From positions 96,001 through 160,000 of IMG/VR virus record IMGVR_UViG_3300022213_000237: a DNA stretch of 64,000 nt; one strand, 5' to 3'. This DNA comes from a virus. How positions within the stretch are numbered: the first letter of the stretch is position 1; each line of letters begins with the position of its first letter. The notes below the pieces were generated by a model. The model worked only from the letters and a program-made list of their open reading frames with translations, was not told the DNA's origin and searched no databases. Of this stretch, positions 37,245 through 47,028 are shown piece after piece. A program made the translations under genes and the position numbers.

Positions 37245-39997
37245 TTCATCATCCCAGAATTTCTGTAGTAATCATAAGACGCTTCGGCTTCGGAACGCTC
37301 AAGAGTGGTATCGCGTGGGAACACAACCACCCCGCCTAGGGTCCCAAGCTGGGAGGCGATTGAAATTGAGTTACGAACGGCTTCCAGAACAGCCGGAAGC
37401 GAATCCACAACACCCGAACCACGAGCTTCCTTGAATTGAGAATCGAGGGCGTCGAAGATGACGGGTTCGTCCTCTTCTAACAAACCCTTCATTTCTTCCA
37501 TTCGATTGAAAATTTCTTCGTCCGTATATCCGCAGTTCCGGAGCAAGCGCTCGACAGGCTCGACAAGCGACTTGCACAAAACCTCTTTAACTACCTGAGA
37601 CTCAAAGGTCTCTAGTGTTAGAGAGTAATTGGTTACAAGCATCTCGATTGTCTTAAGCAGGGTCCAGCCGCCGCCAGGCAGAGCCCCGTGTTTGACTGCA
37701 CCTCTCCAAGCACATGCCGCATCTTCGGCTCGATCTCGTTTCTCTCTCAATTCTCCAGAAGTAGGGGCGGAGATAATAAGCTTGGCGATGCCGCCAGAGA
37801 TTTTACCACGACGCTCGTTGAGGATATTCTGCTCTACTTGTGACTCAGCCTGCGGAATTTGGGCCTCAATCTCTTCAACGCGGGCCAACACCAAACCTTC
37901 ATCGGCGTGGCCGACGACGCTGGTGCGGTAGCGGGTGGATTCGAAGAACTCTAACTCCGGACCAATATCTTCCAGTGTTCCTTCGACGGCAGGGCGTGTC
38001 ACCGGATCAAAGACAACGCTACCAGTAACCGCAGATAGGTCGTGGAGCAGGTCCAATTGACCAGACTGCATGGCGTTTCGCGGCAAAGTTAAAGGGAATA
38101 CATTAATGGTACGATAATCTGACCAATTTCCGGCCATATCTTCGATGGCTTGTTGTGAAAATGCGGTTGCCACCACCACCACGTTGCGAGTGGCTTTGTT
38201 TACTTCGGGTCCGCCCCAGCGTTCACCGATTTTAGTCAAAATAGGTACGACCGTAGCCCAATCGTTGATTGATCCGTTATACAGCACGAACACCGGTTTT
38301 TCTAGGTATACGCGGTTATGTGCGGCATCGTTCATGAAAATACTAAAATACTTACCCACACAGTCTTCAAAGCCTGTTGAGATAGGATAGCCTTTAAGGG
38401 CCTCGACCTTGTATCCTGAAGGTCCTGATTGTTCAGTAAGAGTGACGTTGCCTTCGTCGCCCGTGAGTTCGAAACATTGAGCCACAGCTTCCGTCAATTC
38501 AACATCGCCGTTCGTCGAACACATGGCCACAGACTTAAGGAGATCTCCGTCCGGCTTAATAGCCAACGATTTAACAAAAGGCTCTATCTCGGTGCGGAAC
38601 ACTTTTTCCATGGCACGAACAACGCGTTGTGGAGAGATTTTTGGATTATCTTTGCAAAAGTTATACGTACGTCGCACAAAGGCTTCGGCCAAGACTGTGG
38701 CCGTAGTGGTATTATGTGTCAATACACAGCCATCAGTAATATAAAGAGAGTCCTCGTTACTTACCTTAATACACTGCATTTCTTCAAAACGGTCGGTGAC
38801 CTCTACATCTATGATTTTGTCCCCGTACTTATCCCCTCTTAATTCGTGGAAGCGGTGAATTGGGGTGTCAGAAAACGAATCTGGGTCCTGGTCTCGGGTA
38901 TGTATACGATAATACAGTGAGATACCCAAGCTTTCGCATAAGTTAAAGAAATCTACAGCAAGTTTATCGCCCACAGTGCTAAATTCAAACAATCCTCGCG
39001 GATTCACGTATCCGTCGGTGTCAATAAGTCCTTGGAGTAGTTCTTTTCTTGAAGTCACTGATCCAAGTAAGTATTCGGAGGGAATGGATTTTGAATAACT
39101 ATCTTGGTTTCTGATACCAACGGTCTCGATCAAGTCTCTGATGGTTTTTTTCTCGGAAGTAACCCCTTGAATTTTGACCCGGAAAGAGTTTCTTTCATCT
39201 ACCCAAGTAGTTTTAAGAAAAAGACCTTGAGGTAGCTTGGATTCTACCTTTTTAATGACATGTTCTTTAGACTTACCCAGTGACAGTTCCACAGAGCCGG
39301 TATCAGACAAACTACCGTCCCCCAACAAGACTCCAACCAAATATGGGTCTAGTGGGGTAGCGTTGTCACGGAACATCACAGGCCCGGCTTTGGGTACATA
39401 ATACTTGTATTTATTGTACCCCTCCCCAGTTTGGGTCTTAAAATCTTTAGCGATTTCACGAGTAGTTAGTGTTTTATGTGACCCCCTGTTGGTGACCACT
39501 GACCAGAGATGATCTTCACAACATTCAACAACCTTGTTACCAGAGAAGCTCACTTTCACAAGGCGTTTCTTACCTTTTGGATATACCCCCAAAACCTTTT
39601 GTGTGGTTCCGTTAGAACCACAAATAGTCATTCCTACCTTGATATCCTCCATACGTACGTACCCGTCCGGAGTCAGGACCTTACTGTATAAAGGTTGAGG
39701 TCCATCGCCTGCTTCCGTGGCCGTACGTACGGATGCGTCTCGAGCCAGGGTCATAATAGAATGACGCACAGGATTGTCGTAACCCAAAGCCCGAAAGACA
39801 GTAACCCCGTCTTTAGTCACCAAGTCAGGGACACCAAACTCTTGGCGCTCTATGGCCACGACCTTACCACCAGGACCTAGAGTCGAGCCCACGATTTGAG
39901 AAATCTGTTTCATGGTATCGAGTACGAGTCCGTCGAGACTCTCTCCTTCGGTTACCATTATTTTTGCCACTGACTTTACTTTACGATGTGACGTCAT
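37241..39997 (-). CDS. groEL: GroEL-like chaperonin with intein
   Basis: STLGPGG, VTKDGVTV, AGDG/TTTA split by an intein, E.RDRAEDA, LPGGG, GVVD; start at MTSH after GGAGAG. Confidence 0.92.
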   Translation of the reverse strand: MTSHRKVKSVAKIMVTEGESLDGLVLDTMKQISQIVGSTLGPGGKVVAIERQEFGVPDLVTKDGVTVFRALGYDNPVRHSIMTLARDASVRTATEAGDGPQPLYSKVLTPDGYVRMEDIKVGMTICGSNGTTQKVLGVYPKGKKRLVKVSFSGNKVVECCEDHLWSVVTNRGSHKTLTTREIAKDFKTQTGEGYNKYKYYVPKAGPVMFRDNATPLDPYLVGVLLGDGSLSDTGSVELSLGKSKEHVIKKVESKLPQGLFLKTTWVDERNSFRVKIQGVTSEKKTIRDLIETVGIRNQDSYSKSIPSEYLLGSVTSRKELLQGLIDTDGYVNPRGLFEFSTVGDKLAVDFFNLCESLGISLYYRIHTRDQDPDSFSDTPIHRFHELRGDKYGDKIIDVEVTDRFEEMQCIKVSNEDSLYITDGCVLTHNTTTATVLAEAFVRRTYNFCKDNPKISPQRVVRAMEKVFRTEIEPFVKSLAIKPDGDLLKSVAMCSTNGDVELTEAVAQCFELTGDEGNVTLTEQSGPSGYKVEALKGYPISTGFEDCVGKYFSIFMNDAAHNRVYLEKPVFVLYNGSINDWATVVPILTKIGERWGGPEVNKATRNVVVVATAFSQQAIEDMAGNWSDYRTINVFPLTLPRNAMQSGQLDLLHDLSAVTGSVVFDPVTRPAVEGTLEDIGPELEFFESTRYRTSVVGHADEGLVLARVEEIEAQIPQAESQVEQNILNERRGKISGGIAKLIISAPTSGELREKRDRAEDAACAWRGAVKHGALPGGGWTLLKTIEMLVTNYSLTLETFESQVVKEVLCKSLVEPVERLLRNCGYTDEEIFNRMEEMKGLLEEDEPVIFDALDSQFKEARGSGVVDSLPAVLEAVRNSISIASQLGTLGGVVVFPRDTTLERSEAEASYDYYRNSGMMK
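38711..39700 (-). mobile_element. Class 3-type intein (330 aa) with LAGLIDADG endonuclease
   Basis: Starts with Pro (PQPLYSKVLTPDG); DHLW, MQCIKV and LTHN/T supply the W-C-T triad; LLGDG and GLIDTDG motifs. Confidence 0.9.
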
Positions 39998-40036
39998 TCT
40001 ATATCTCTCCGGAGAGGTGCAATACTTCGTAATGCA

Positions 40037-40055
40037 TATATACTGAATTGATCTT
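40037..40055 (-). promoter_or_regulatory. AGATC-type promoter motif upstream of groEL
   Basis: AAGATC AATTCAG TATATA. Confidence 0.55.
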
Positions 40056-40135
40056 CGGCTATGAGAGCCACGAACAAGCTTTATCAACTCCAGGGGTTGC
40101 TAATGGTTTGGAGTCGAACGGTAAACGAGAGTGTG

Positions 40136-40267
40136 ACTTTGTTTAAGAGAAATCCGTATACAAATACTAACAACTTTTCTTAAACAAAGTTTTCTAAACT
40201 TCTTTGTCAAGTCTTTTGGAAAAACTTTTTTGAAAAAGTAATCAAACTAATTTATTCAAAAAAGTTT
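40136..40267. repeat. AT-rich region with two perfect 13-bp inverted repeats (origin candidate)
   Basis: ACTTTGTTTAAGA 40136-40148 / 40178-40190 and AAACTTTTTTGAA 40222-40234 / 40255-40267, at the strand switch. Confidence 0.65.
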
Positions 40268-40414
40268 AATAAAAAGGGTGAGTTAAACAATTTTAAGGAT
40301 TCTCAACAAAAGAACATTCACCCCTTGACAGCACTTTGAGTTATCATCCTTGTAACAAGATCCATACGCTACAGCAATACCACGTTCCCCTTTTGATTAA
40401 GAGGTTTCTCTTCC

Positions 40415-41548
40415 TTGCGCTATCAAGCAAACCACAATTTGAGACAACAAAGATTGTTCAAGTACTTTGTTGAAGAGTCTCTTGGTAACATTTTTTCGTG
40501 TAGTGACAAAAACATCACCCGTTCCCTTGGATACAGAGATGCAGGGTACAAATCTAATACGAGGTTAAGGGCAGACATCAAAGCCCTTGTAACTTCTGGT
40601 CGTATCGAAACTAAAACCGAACTTCACTCTTATTACGACAAAGACAACGTCGAAAGGATTAGGTCCACTAGACATGTGTTTGTTACCTCCGACCTTTCTA
40701 CGGATAAAGGTGCATTACTGTTAGCAAGTTACGTACTCACCCTCAACTCAAGAGTGACGGTCCATGACTATACGGTTTGTAGCGCTTTGCAATGTAACAC
40801 AAAACAGTTAATTGCTTGGCGAAAACAAGCGGTTGCGGAAGGTTTGATTTCTATTTTTTATGCCGGATCTTCGGGCAAAGCTTATCGCTATCAAGTAGTT
40901 GGAGATTTCGTTCCCGTAAACCTTCCGGGTCGAGTGCAAATAAACGAGAGCGAACAATCCCCTTTAACTAGGAAACAGACTTGGAAGTCACAAGCTTCTG
41001 GCTTTGGATACTCGCCCGAAGACCTTATTCTCGTATCCCTTCAAAAACGAGACGGGGTAGCAGTAACTAATCAACGTGATTTTGCTAAACACGCTGGCGT
41101 TAGCTTGCCCACACTCAACAAATGGCTTAAGGTCTTGGAGAAAGAGGGTAAAATTTCTGTCACATTACTCCCTAAGAGAAAGCGTGAATACAGGCTGTTG
41201 GTCGAATACAACAAGCCGTGGCCAACACAGGACGAATACGCTCAATCCAAAGGATTTGAGGATGCCGCAGCCATGACAAAATATGAAGTAGATAAGGAAA
41301 TAGCAAAAATGAGAGAAGAAGACGAGAAAGCTAGATTTTCAGAACGAGCATACAAGCACTTAGAAGCGGTTAGGGCCGCAGCTATTTCTCGTCCGAAAGA
41401 GGAGATGCTTGAAGCCGCCAAAAACAAGTATTACTCCCTTCCTGAAAACAAATACAAACCCTCCACCGTTTTTTGGCAATTGTTTGCTTGGGATGATCGC
41501 TTCAAGTTTGCCGAAGAATACCTTAACTCTTTTAAGGATGAAGACTAG
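40415..41548 (+). CDS. Multi-winged-helix DNA-binding protein (possible replication initiator)
   Basis: Three HTH-like units ending L..(S/E)G.I (e.g. QRDFAKHAGVSLPTLNKWLKVLEKEGKI); next to the AT-rich palindromes. Confidence 0.55.
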   Translation: MRYQANHNLRQQRLFKYFVEESLGNIFSCSDKNITRSLGYRDAGYKSNTRLRADIKALVTSGRIETKTELHSYYDKDNVERIRSTRHVFVTSDLSTDKGALLLASYVLTLNSRVTVHDYTVCSALQCNTKQLIAWRKQAVAEGLISIFYAGSSGKAYRYQVVGDFVPVNLPGRVQINESEQSPLTRKQTWKSQASGFGYSPEDLILVSLQKRDGVAVTNQRDFAKHAGVSLPTLNKWLKVLEKEGKISVTLLPKRKREYRLLVEYNKPWPTQDEYAQSKGFEDAAAMTKYEVDKEIAKMREEDEKARFSERAYKHLEAVRAAAISRPKEEMLEAAKNKYYSLPENKYKPSTVFWQLFAWDDRFKFAEEYLNSFKDED

Positions 41549-41581
41549 ATCTACTCGATAAATATCCTCTTAAGGAGGAGT

Positions 41582-42157
41582 ATGCTCGTAGGATTTATTG
41601 GTGGACCTTGTTCCGGTAAAACAACGTCTGCGGCGCGATTATTTGCGGAATTTAAAGACTCTGGTCAGTCTACCGAATACATTGCAGAAAGAGCGCGTTG
41701 GCATATTGCCAAAAAGAAGTACGAGCTTCTCCGAAGAGGCTTGGAGTCTAAGTTCGTCCTCGACGATTTGGACCAGCTGTCTATTTTGTCTGATCAAGAA
41801 CACGCAGAAGATGTAATGAATCAAGACAATATTATTGTCATCACAGATAGTTGCGTCCTTAATACTTTCTTGTACTTGGGAGATAACGTACTTAACAGTC
41901 CATCAATTCAACAATTTGGACGTCAGGTAGCCAAACGCTACGACGTTCTCTTTGTCTGCGCTCCAGTAGCCCGTCCATTCGGAATAGATCCCAATAGAGT
42001 GCACGACGAAGAAGCTTCAAGAATAATTCATGAAAAAGTTGCTTCTCTTTTCCCTCTTCTTGAGGGCGTAGAAGTCCATAATCTGTCGGGTACTACCCAA
42101 GCTAGAGTAAACATCGCCTTTGGGGTAGTGATGAATAAGTTCGCGGGACTACGATGA
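41582..42157 (+). CDS. NadR/AAA_28-like P-loop kinase
   Basis: GGPCSGKTT, E.AR, VITDS, D.NR.H. Confidence 0.75.
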   Translation: MLVGFIGGPCSGKTTSAARLFAEFKDSGQSTEYIAERARWHIAKKKYELLRRGLESKFVLDDLDQLSILSDQEHAEDVMNQDNIIVITDSCVLNTFLYLGDNVLNSPSIQQFGRQVAKRYDVLFVCAPVARPFGIDPNRVHDEEASRIIHEKVASLFPLLEGVEVHNLSGTTQARVNIAFGVVMNKFAGLR

Positions 42158-43650
42158 ATCTAGTTCTTGAAGATCCAGTCAAATTGAGGGTTGAAATTGA
42201 CGCCGAACACGAAACGAGTTTGCGTCAAGCCCTCACATATACGAACAAGGCTAAAGTATATGAACTGGCACGCCTCAAGAAGAATCCTTGGTTTGTAAAC
42301 CAGCATGGTGAAGAAGCCTATGCGGAAAAATTAGCAGAACTCAAGGCCGAGACGAAGGTTTGCCTTCTGAAAGAGGATTCCAAGGGCTTGTGGACGTACA
42401 GCGGGCTCCTTGACCGCCTCATGAAGAACGGTTTTCTTAAGTACCAGAGCCGTGTCAAATATCCAGAGGCTGTGGGTATGCCCTGGGATAAGGTCCCAAA
42501 ATTCAACGACAGATACTATCAGAAACAGATGCACGACAACCTCATTTCCGTAAGACATGGGGCCGTTGAGGTTGGCACCGGACTGGGTAAAAGTCAGGTA
42601 ATTCGCAACCTTACAAGAACTTTAGGTCTCAAGACCTTGGTCGTGGCTCCATCTAAGTCGATTGCCAAAATGCTTTACTCCGACTTTGCTGAACACTTCG
42701 GTCGCAAGAAGGTAGGCCTCTATGGTGACGGGAAGAAAGATGCGAAGAAGCAAATAGTGGTGGGCCTCTTCCAGAGTTTGTGTCGAGTGGAAGAGAATTC
42801 TCCCGATTGGAAGGAATTGAAGAAGACGGAGGCTCTCATCGTGGACGAAAGTCACCTCACTCCTGCTAGTACTCTCAAACAAGTTTGCGAAGGACTGGCT
42901 GCCAATACCCCCTATCGTTTCTTTTTCTCTGGCACCCAAATGAGGAATGACGGTGCCGATCTCCTTCTTGAGGGAATCATCGGACCCGTAGTCTACAGCA
43001 TGGATGTTAAGAGAGGAGTAGATGAAGGTTTTTTGAGTAAGCCCAATTTCTTCGTCGTAGACATGGTCTCGCCTTACAGTTACCTGTCTAATAATCCAGA
43101 CGCAATGTTGGATCGACATTTTTACAGCAATGCGGCAATGTATAAGCGTGCCGCCGATATAGCCAATAAGTCGGTGGCTCTACTCGGTCATCAAGTTCTT
43201 ATCTTGATAGATGAAGTCACTCAATTTCAGCACATTTGGCCACATTTACGCCATCAAGTAGGATTTGCTCACGGCGGATTAACAAAGACTAACAGAACGA
43301 CCGTACCCGAACAGTTTTGGAAAGATGATCCAGACGAGTTGGTAGCGCGATTGAATGCTGGAGATTTACCTATCCTGGTAGGCACCAGCTGTATTTCTAT
43401 CGGAACCGACATACGCACCCCCAAGACCTTAATTAATTTACAAGGTGGCACCAGCGAAGTTAAGATCCGTCAAGCTATTGGTCGCGGCACGCGCCGAGAG
43501 AATGGCGTCAAAGAAGAATTCAATTACTTTGATTTTCGGATGAGAGTCAAAAGCCCTGCTGACCCCGACTTTGAAGCCATTACAGAACGGCACGCCAGAA
43601 TTAGAGAAAGCATTTACCACGACGTTTACCCCTCGGTTAAAGTCATATGA
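42154..43650 (+). CDS. Superfamily 2 helicase (UvsW-like)
   Basis: GTGLGKS, DESH, SGT, GTDI, QAIGRGTR. Confidence 0.9.
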   Translation: MNLVLEDPVKLRVEIDAEHETSLRQALTYTNKAKVYELARLKKNPWFVNQHGEEAYAEKLAELKAETKVCLLKEDSKGLWTYSGLLDRLMKNGFLKYQSRVKYPEAVGMPWDKVPKFNDRYYQKQMHDNLISVRHGAVEVGTGLGKSQVIRNLTRTLGLKTLVVAPSKSIAKMLYSDFAEHFGRKKVGLYGDGKKDAKKQIVVGLFQSLCRVEENSPDWKELKKTEALIVDESHLTPASTLKQVCEGLAANTPYRFFFSGTQMRNDGADLLLEGIIGPVVYSMDVKRGVDEGFLSKPNFFVVDMVSPYSYLSNNPDAMLDRHFYSNAAMYKRAADIANKSVALLGHQVLILIDEVTQFQHIWPHLRHQVGFAHGGLTKTNRTTVPEQFWKDDPDELVARLNAGDLPILVGTSCISIGTDIRTPKTLINLQGGTSEVKIRQAIGRGTRRENGVKEEFNYFDFRMRVKSPADPDFEAITERHARIRESIYHDVYPSVKVI

Positions 43651-44702
43651 CTAGAAAGACTTTTGATTCAAATCACTTTAAACAATTTGCGACCGTTTTG
43701 GAGGCCGTCATTTCCGGTTGGGATACTGACGAAGACCATTACACCCGCCAAAAGAGGCAGGTAGAGACTCTTTGTAAGCTGGAGCGTGAATTCCGCAATA
43801 CGTTGATTCGTGATTGGCGCGGCCCCACCGTATACAAAGCTTTCGTTAAATATGTTAGAGATGAACGCAGAAATATTTTGTCAGCACGTCCTTTCTTTCG
43901 AGAACGGCAAGATGTTTTTAAGAGCAAAATCGCTCCCGCGCTCAGAGACCGGGCCGATAAGGCACTATACAAGTTCGATATCAACTATAGCTTCATTAGC
44001 TGGGTTCTAAGGACCAGACACTTTGCACCCCGAAGTAGAGTCATGAGACTTGCCAAGGCTGTGGGGATGGCGAGAAAGGAATTGATTGAGATGAATATGC
44101 CTCTCGCCATTAGCCGTGCCAGAGTTTTTGCTCGTCACCGACAACAGCACCTTGAATATATGGATTTGGTCCAAACCGCCGCCGAAGGCCTTATTGCCGC
44201 TATAGATAAGTTTGTACTGCCGTATCAAAAAAGCTTTGGTGCCGTAATGTTTGGGAGAATTACAGGCGATCTCGTTGAAGCTAACAGCGAAACCCTTGTC
44301 CACTTTTTCCCTTCCGATAAGAGGAAAATTTATACCGCCAACAAACTTGTACAAAAGGGGAAAACTTTTGAAGAAATTTCAGAACATATCAACACTGAAT
44401 CGAAGCGTGACTCTGATGGCGTTATTGATGCTTCTAAACCTAACATTACGACGCCTGACGAGGTACAGCAACTCCACATCGCGGCATATACGATTTCAGG
44501 AGACTCCCCCGGCTTTGAGTCAACAGATAACGACTCCTCAGGGATTGACGATTCTCCGATCCACCGATTTGAAGCAGACGAAAGCTGGAGACCGGATGTA
44601 CGATTCGAGAATGCTCAATTAACATCGGCGCTAGCTAATGAACTAAAGACTTTGTCATTATTCGAGCGAAAGCTCTTAACCCTTAAAGGAATCCATGTCT
44701 AA
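43647..44702 (+). CDS. Sigma70-family factor lacking region 4.2
   Basis: ARKELIEMNMPLAISRAR..DLVQTAAEGLIAAIDKF (region 2); ends at LKTLSLFERKLLTLKG before the HTH. Confidence 0.85.
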   Translation: MTRKTFDSNHFKQFATVLEAVISGWDTDEDHYTRQKRQVETLCKLEREFRNTLIRDWRGPTVYKAFVKYVRDERRNILSARPFFRERQDVFKSKIAPALRDRADKALYKFDINYSFISWVLRTRHFAPRSRVMRLAKAVGMARKELIEMNMPLAISRARVFARHRQQHLEYMDLVQTAAEGLIAAIDKFVLPYQKSFGAVMFGRITGDLVEANSETLVHFFPSDKRKIYTANKLVQKGKTFEEISEHINTESKRDSDGVIDASKPNITTPDEVQQLHIAAYTISGDSPGFESTDNDSSGIDDSPIHRFEADESWRPDVRFENAQLTSALANELKTLSLFERKLLTLKGIHV

Positions 44703-44997
44703 AAAATTGGTAGGTTTCAATAAAAATATCGGTGTAGAGCCGCCCCATTCTTACACCGCAGAGAAGAAAATTGTAGGTGGTGTTGCGTCGCCGGTCCATC
44801 GAGTTGCAATGGCACCCCTTAAGGTTGTTATTGGCAATGGCACCAATATCGAACCAGGAATGACGGTTTATGTCCCAGCAATATTTCTGCAACATAAGTG
44901 GGCGACTGACGTGTATGAAATCGATGGTTTACGGTTCTGTCTGTTGACGGAACAAAACGTGGTCGCGGTTTCTTCAGAGGAAGACGATGCCGACTAA
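44695..44997 (+). CDS. GroES-like co-chaperonin
   Basis: 100 aa; mobile loop EKKIVGGV, VVIGNG, PGMTVYV, EIDGLRFCLLTEQNVVAV. Confidence 0.7.
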   Translation: MSKKLVGFNKNIGVEPPHSYTAEKKIVGGVASPVHRVAMAPLKVVIGNGTNIEPGMTVYVPAIFLQHKWATDVYEIDGLRFCLLTEQNVVAVSSEEDDAD

Positions 44998-45991
44998 AGT
45001 GTTGTATGTCGGAGATCCCCATGCGCGGCCCGACTGCTTGGAAGAGATGCGGAAACTCATCGACTTCATCGCTATAACGGCGGTGCAAGAGAATGTGAGC
45101 CATATCGTTTTCCTAGGTGATCTCTTCCATACTCACAGTGTGATTCACCTCAGCGTTCTCGCCTTCTGGCGTGAAGCTTTTGCTCAGTTATGTAAATTAC
45201 CTTTAGAGGTAGTGGTTCTTGTAGGAAACCACGACATGTCGGGTCGCAATGGCGACAAAAACAATGCGTTGATGTTGTATGAGCGAAATAACTGGAGAAA
45301 TAGCTTGTGTATCGTTGATCGCCCTAAGTTCGGGATCATTGACGAAGATGTGATGATGTTGCCTTATTACAAAGACAACGCTGAATTCGTTGAGGTCTGT
45401 AATGAGAATCCTACGGCAGTTGTGGTCTGTCACCAGACTTTTGATGGTTCAAAATACGAGAATGGGTTCCCTGCCAAGGACGGTGTGGAACTCAACCTGA
45501 TACCTCAAAAAGTAGTAATCTCTGGTCATATCCATACACCCCAACAAATTGGGAAAGTGTGGTATCCCGGAAGCCCTCGTTGGCAGACAATTTCTGACGC
45601 AAACATAGACAGAGCCATATGGGTCGTTGAGCATGACAAAGGCGCGATCAAAATTCTAAAAGGTTACTCTACCCATAAGGTTTGTAAACCCATAGAATTG
45701 CTAGTAGATAGGCCAGAAGAACCGGCCAAGTTGCCCGATTATGAGGCGGAAGTCATAGTGGACGTATTTGGAGAACCGGCGCATGTGAAACAACGCGCAG
45801 AAGAACTCGAAAAGTTGGGATATCGTGTACGACAATTTCCTACCTTGACTAAGCCAGTCAGAATCAAAGAGTCCGACGGACTTCCGGAATCATTCAAAAA
45901 ATTCATTGGCTCTTACAGCGCAAAGAACGGAACTCCAGCAGAGAGATTGATGGAAATGGCATCAAAGAGAATCTCCTGGTTAGGAGCTTAA
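44987..45991 (+). CDS. SbcD/Mre11 (gp47-like) nuclease
   Basis: GDPH, LGDLFH, GNHD, CHQ, SGHIH..Q, YPGSP. Confidence 0.9.
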   Translation: MPTKVLYVGDPHARPDCLEEMRKLIDFIAITAVQENVSHIVFLGDLFHTHSVIHLSVLAFWREAFAQLCKLPLEVVVLVGNHDMSGRNGDKNNALMLYERNNWRNSLCIVDRPKFGIIDEDVMMLPYYKDNAEFVEVCNENPTAVVVCHQTFDGSKYENGFPAKDGVELNLIPQKVVISGHIHTPQQIGKVWYPGSPRWQTISDANIDRAIWVVEHDKGAIKILKGYSTHKVCKPIELLVDRPEEPAKLPDYEAEVIVDVFGEPAHVKQRAEELEKLGYRVRQFPTLTKPVRIKESDGLPESFKKFIGSYSAKNGTPAERLMEMASKRISWLGA

Positions 45992-46423
45992 GTGACAACG
46001 CCAACGCAAGAAGAATTGGTTCGTTTGAGAGAAATAACCCGCATGACGGGATATTTGACTAACGTTCAGATTCGTCAGCTCCAAATGTGGCCGCGTATTG
46101 TGTTGGCGGCTCACGACGCATCTGTAGAGTTTGATCCAGACACCCATGAAGTCGAAGTCGACCTTCTGGGTATTGATTACAATGCGATTTGGACGCCACA
46201 AGAGCAAATGCAGTTGTTGCCGGAGATGTTGGTTAAAGAATACCAGACACGACTTCAATACTTCGACAAATGTGTAAAGTATTTGTTAGGTAATGAATAC
46301 GGCGTGACCGTAAAGTTTAAGGGTAAAGTGTTGGGACGTTCACCTCCTACGGCTCCAGTAAGTGGCGCGCATCTACCCGATTTTGAGAGGGCCGAAGAAT
46401 GGCTGAAGAAGACAAAGAAATAA
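45992..46423 (+). CDS. Hypothetical protein
   Basis: AGGAG RBS, 143 aa. Confidence 0.55.
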   Translation: MTTPTQEELVRLREITRMTGYLTNVQIRQLQMWPRIVLAAHDASVEFDPDTHEVEVDLLGIDYNAIWTPQEQMQLLPEMLVKEYQTRLQYFDKCVKYLLGNEYGVTVKFKGKVLGRSPPTAPVSGAHLPDFERAEEWLKKTKK

Positions 46424-47028
46424 TTAAGCGCCCAGAAGACAATCTGACGAAAATAGAGCAGGAAGAGCTTACTAAGTATCGACGCAGTGATGGCTACGCG
46501 CCTTTAGCTGCGTCTACAGCCGTGCGGCTATATCAGTTGTTCTTGTTGGGCCACTCGTGTGAGGAGATTGTACGTACAAATGATAACCGTTTTCCGTTGG
46601 GTATGGTGGTCGATGCTCGCATTCGTCATGACTGGGATCGTCGTCGCACTGAGTATATCGATAGGCTGTATGAAGAGGCTGGAAGTATGGTGCGACAACG
46701 TCAAGTGGAAAGCGCTATGTTTCTTGGGGATATGCTTGCTGCGGCGCATGCAGAGTATGGCCCCAAATTCCAAAAGTTCATTCAATCAAGAGACCCGAAA
46801 GACCTGCCCCCAGAATTTAAAATAGATACTCCCACAAAATACAAGATGGTTATCGACGGCCTCATGAAGATAACTGGTCAAGACAAGAAAGATGCAGCCG
46901 GCGCAGCCGTCCAGGTTATCGGCAACAATGTTATGTTGCAGGAAAGCGGATCTAAAACCGTTACTTCTCAAGAAGGGTTTGACATTCTTAAGCAGCTAGA
47001 ACGTCTTGATAGTGAAAAGGTGAAGTAA
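46399..47028 (+). CDS. Probable terminase small subunit
   Basis: HTH-like LYQLFLLGHSCEEI..W; directly upstream of and coupled to the large terminase. Confidence 0.5.
   Translation: MAEEDKEIIKRPEDNLTKIEQEELTKYRRSDGYAPLAASTAVRLYQLFLLGHSCEEIVRTNDNRFPLGMVVDARIRHDWDRRRTEYIDRLYEEAGSMVRQRQVESAMFLGDMLAAAHAEYGPKFQKFIQSRDPKDLPPEFKIDTPTKYKMVIDGLMKITGQDKKDAAGAAVQVIGNNVMLQESGSKTVTSQEGFDILKQLERLDSEKVK

Noticed and set aside
39998-40087. N-terminal extension of GroEL in the ORF track
   Set aside because: The RBS and promoter motif lie inside it; the start at 39997 fits better. The same applies to helicase 16262-16303 and 23258-23308.
40325-40353. TTGACA as a sigma70 promoter
   Set aside because: No acceptable -10 hexamer at 16-18 nt spacing.
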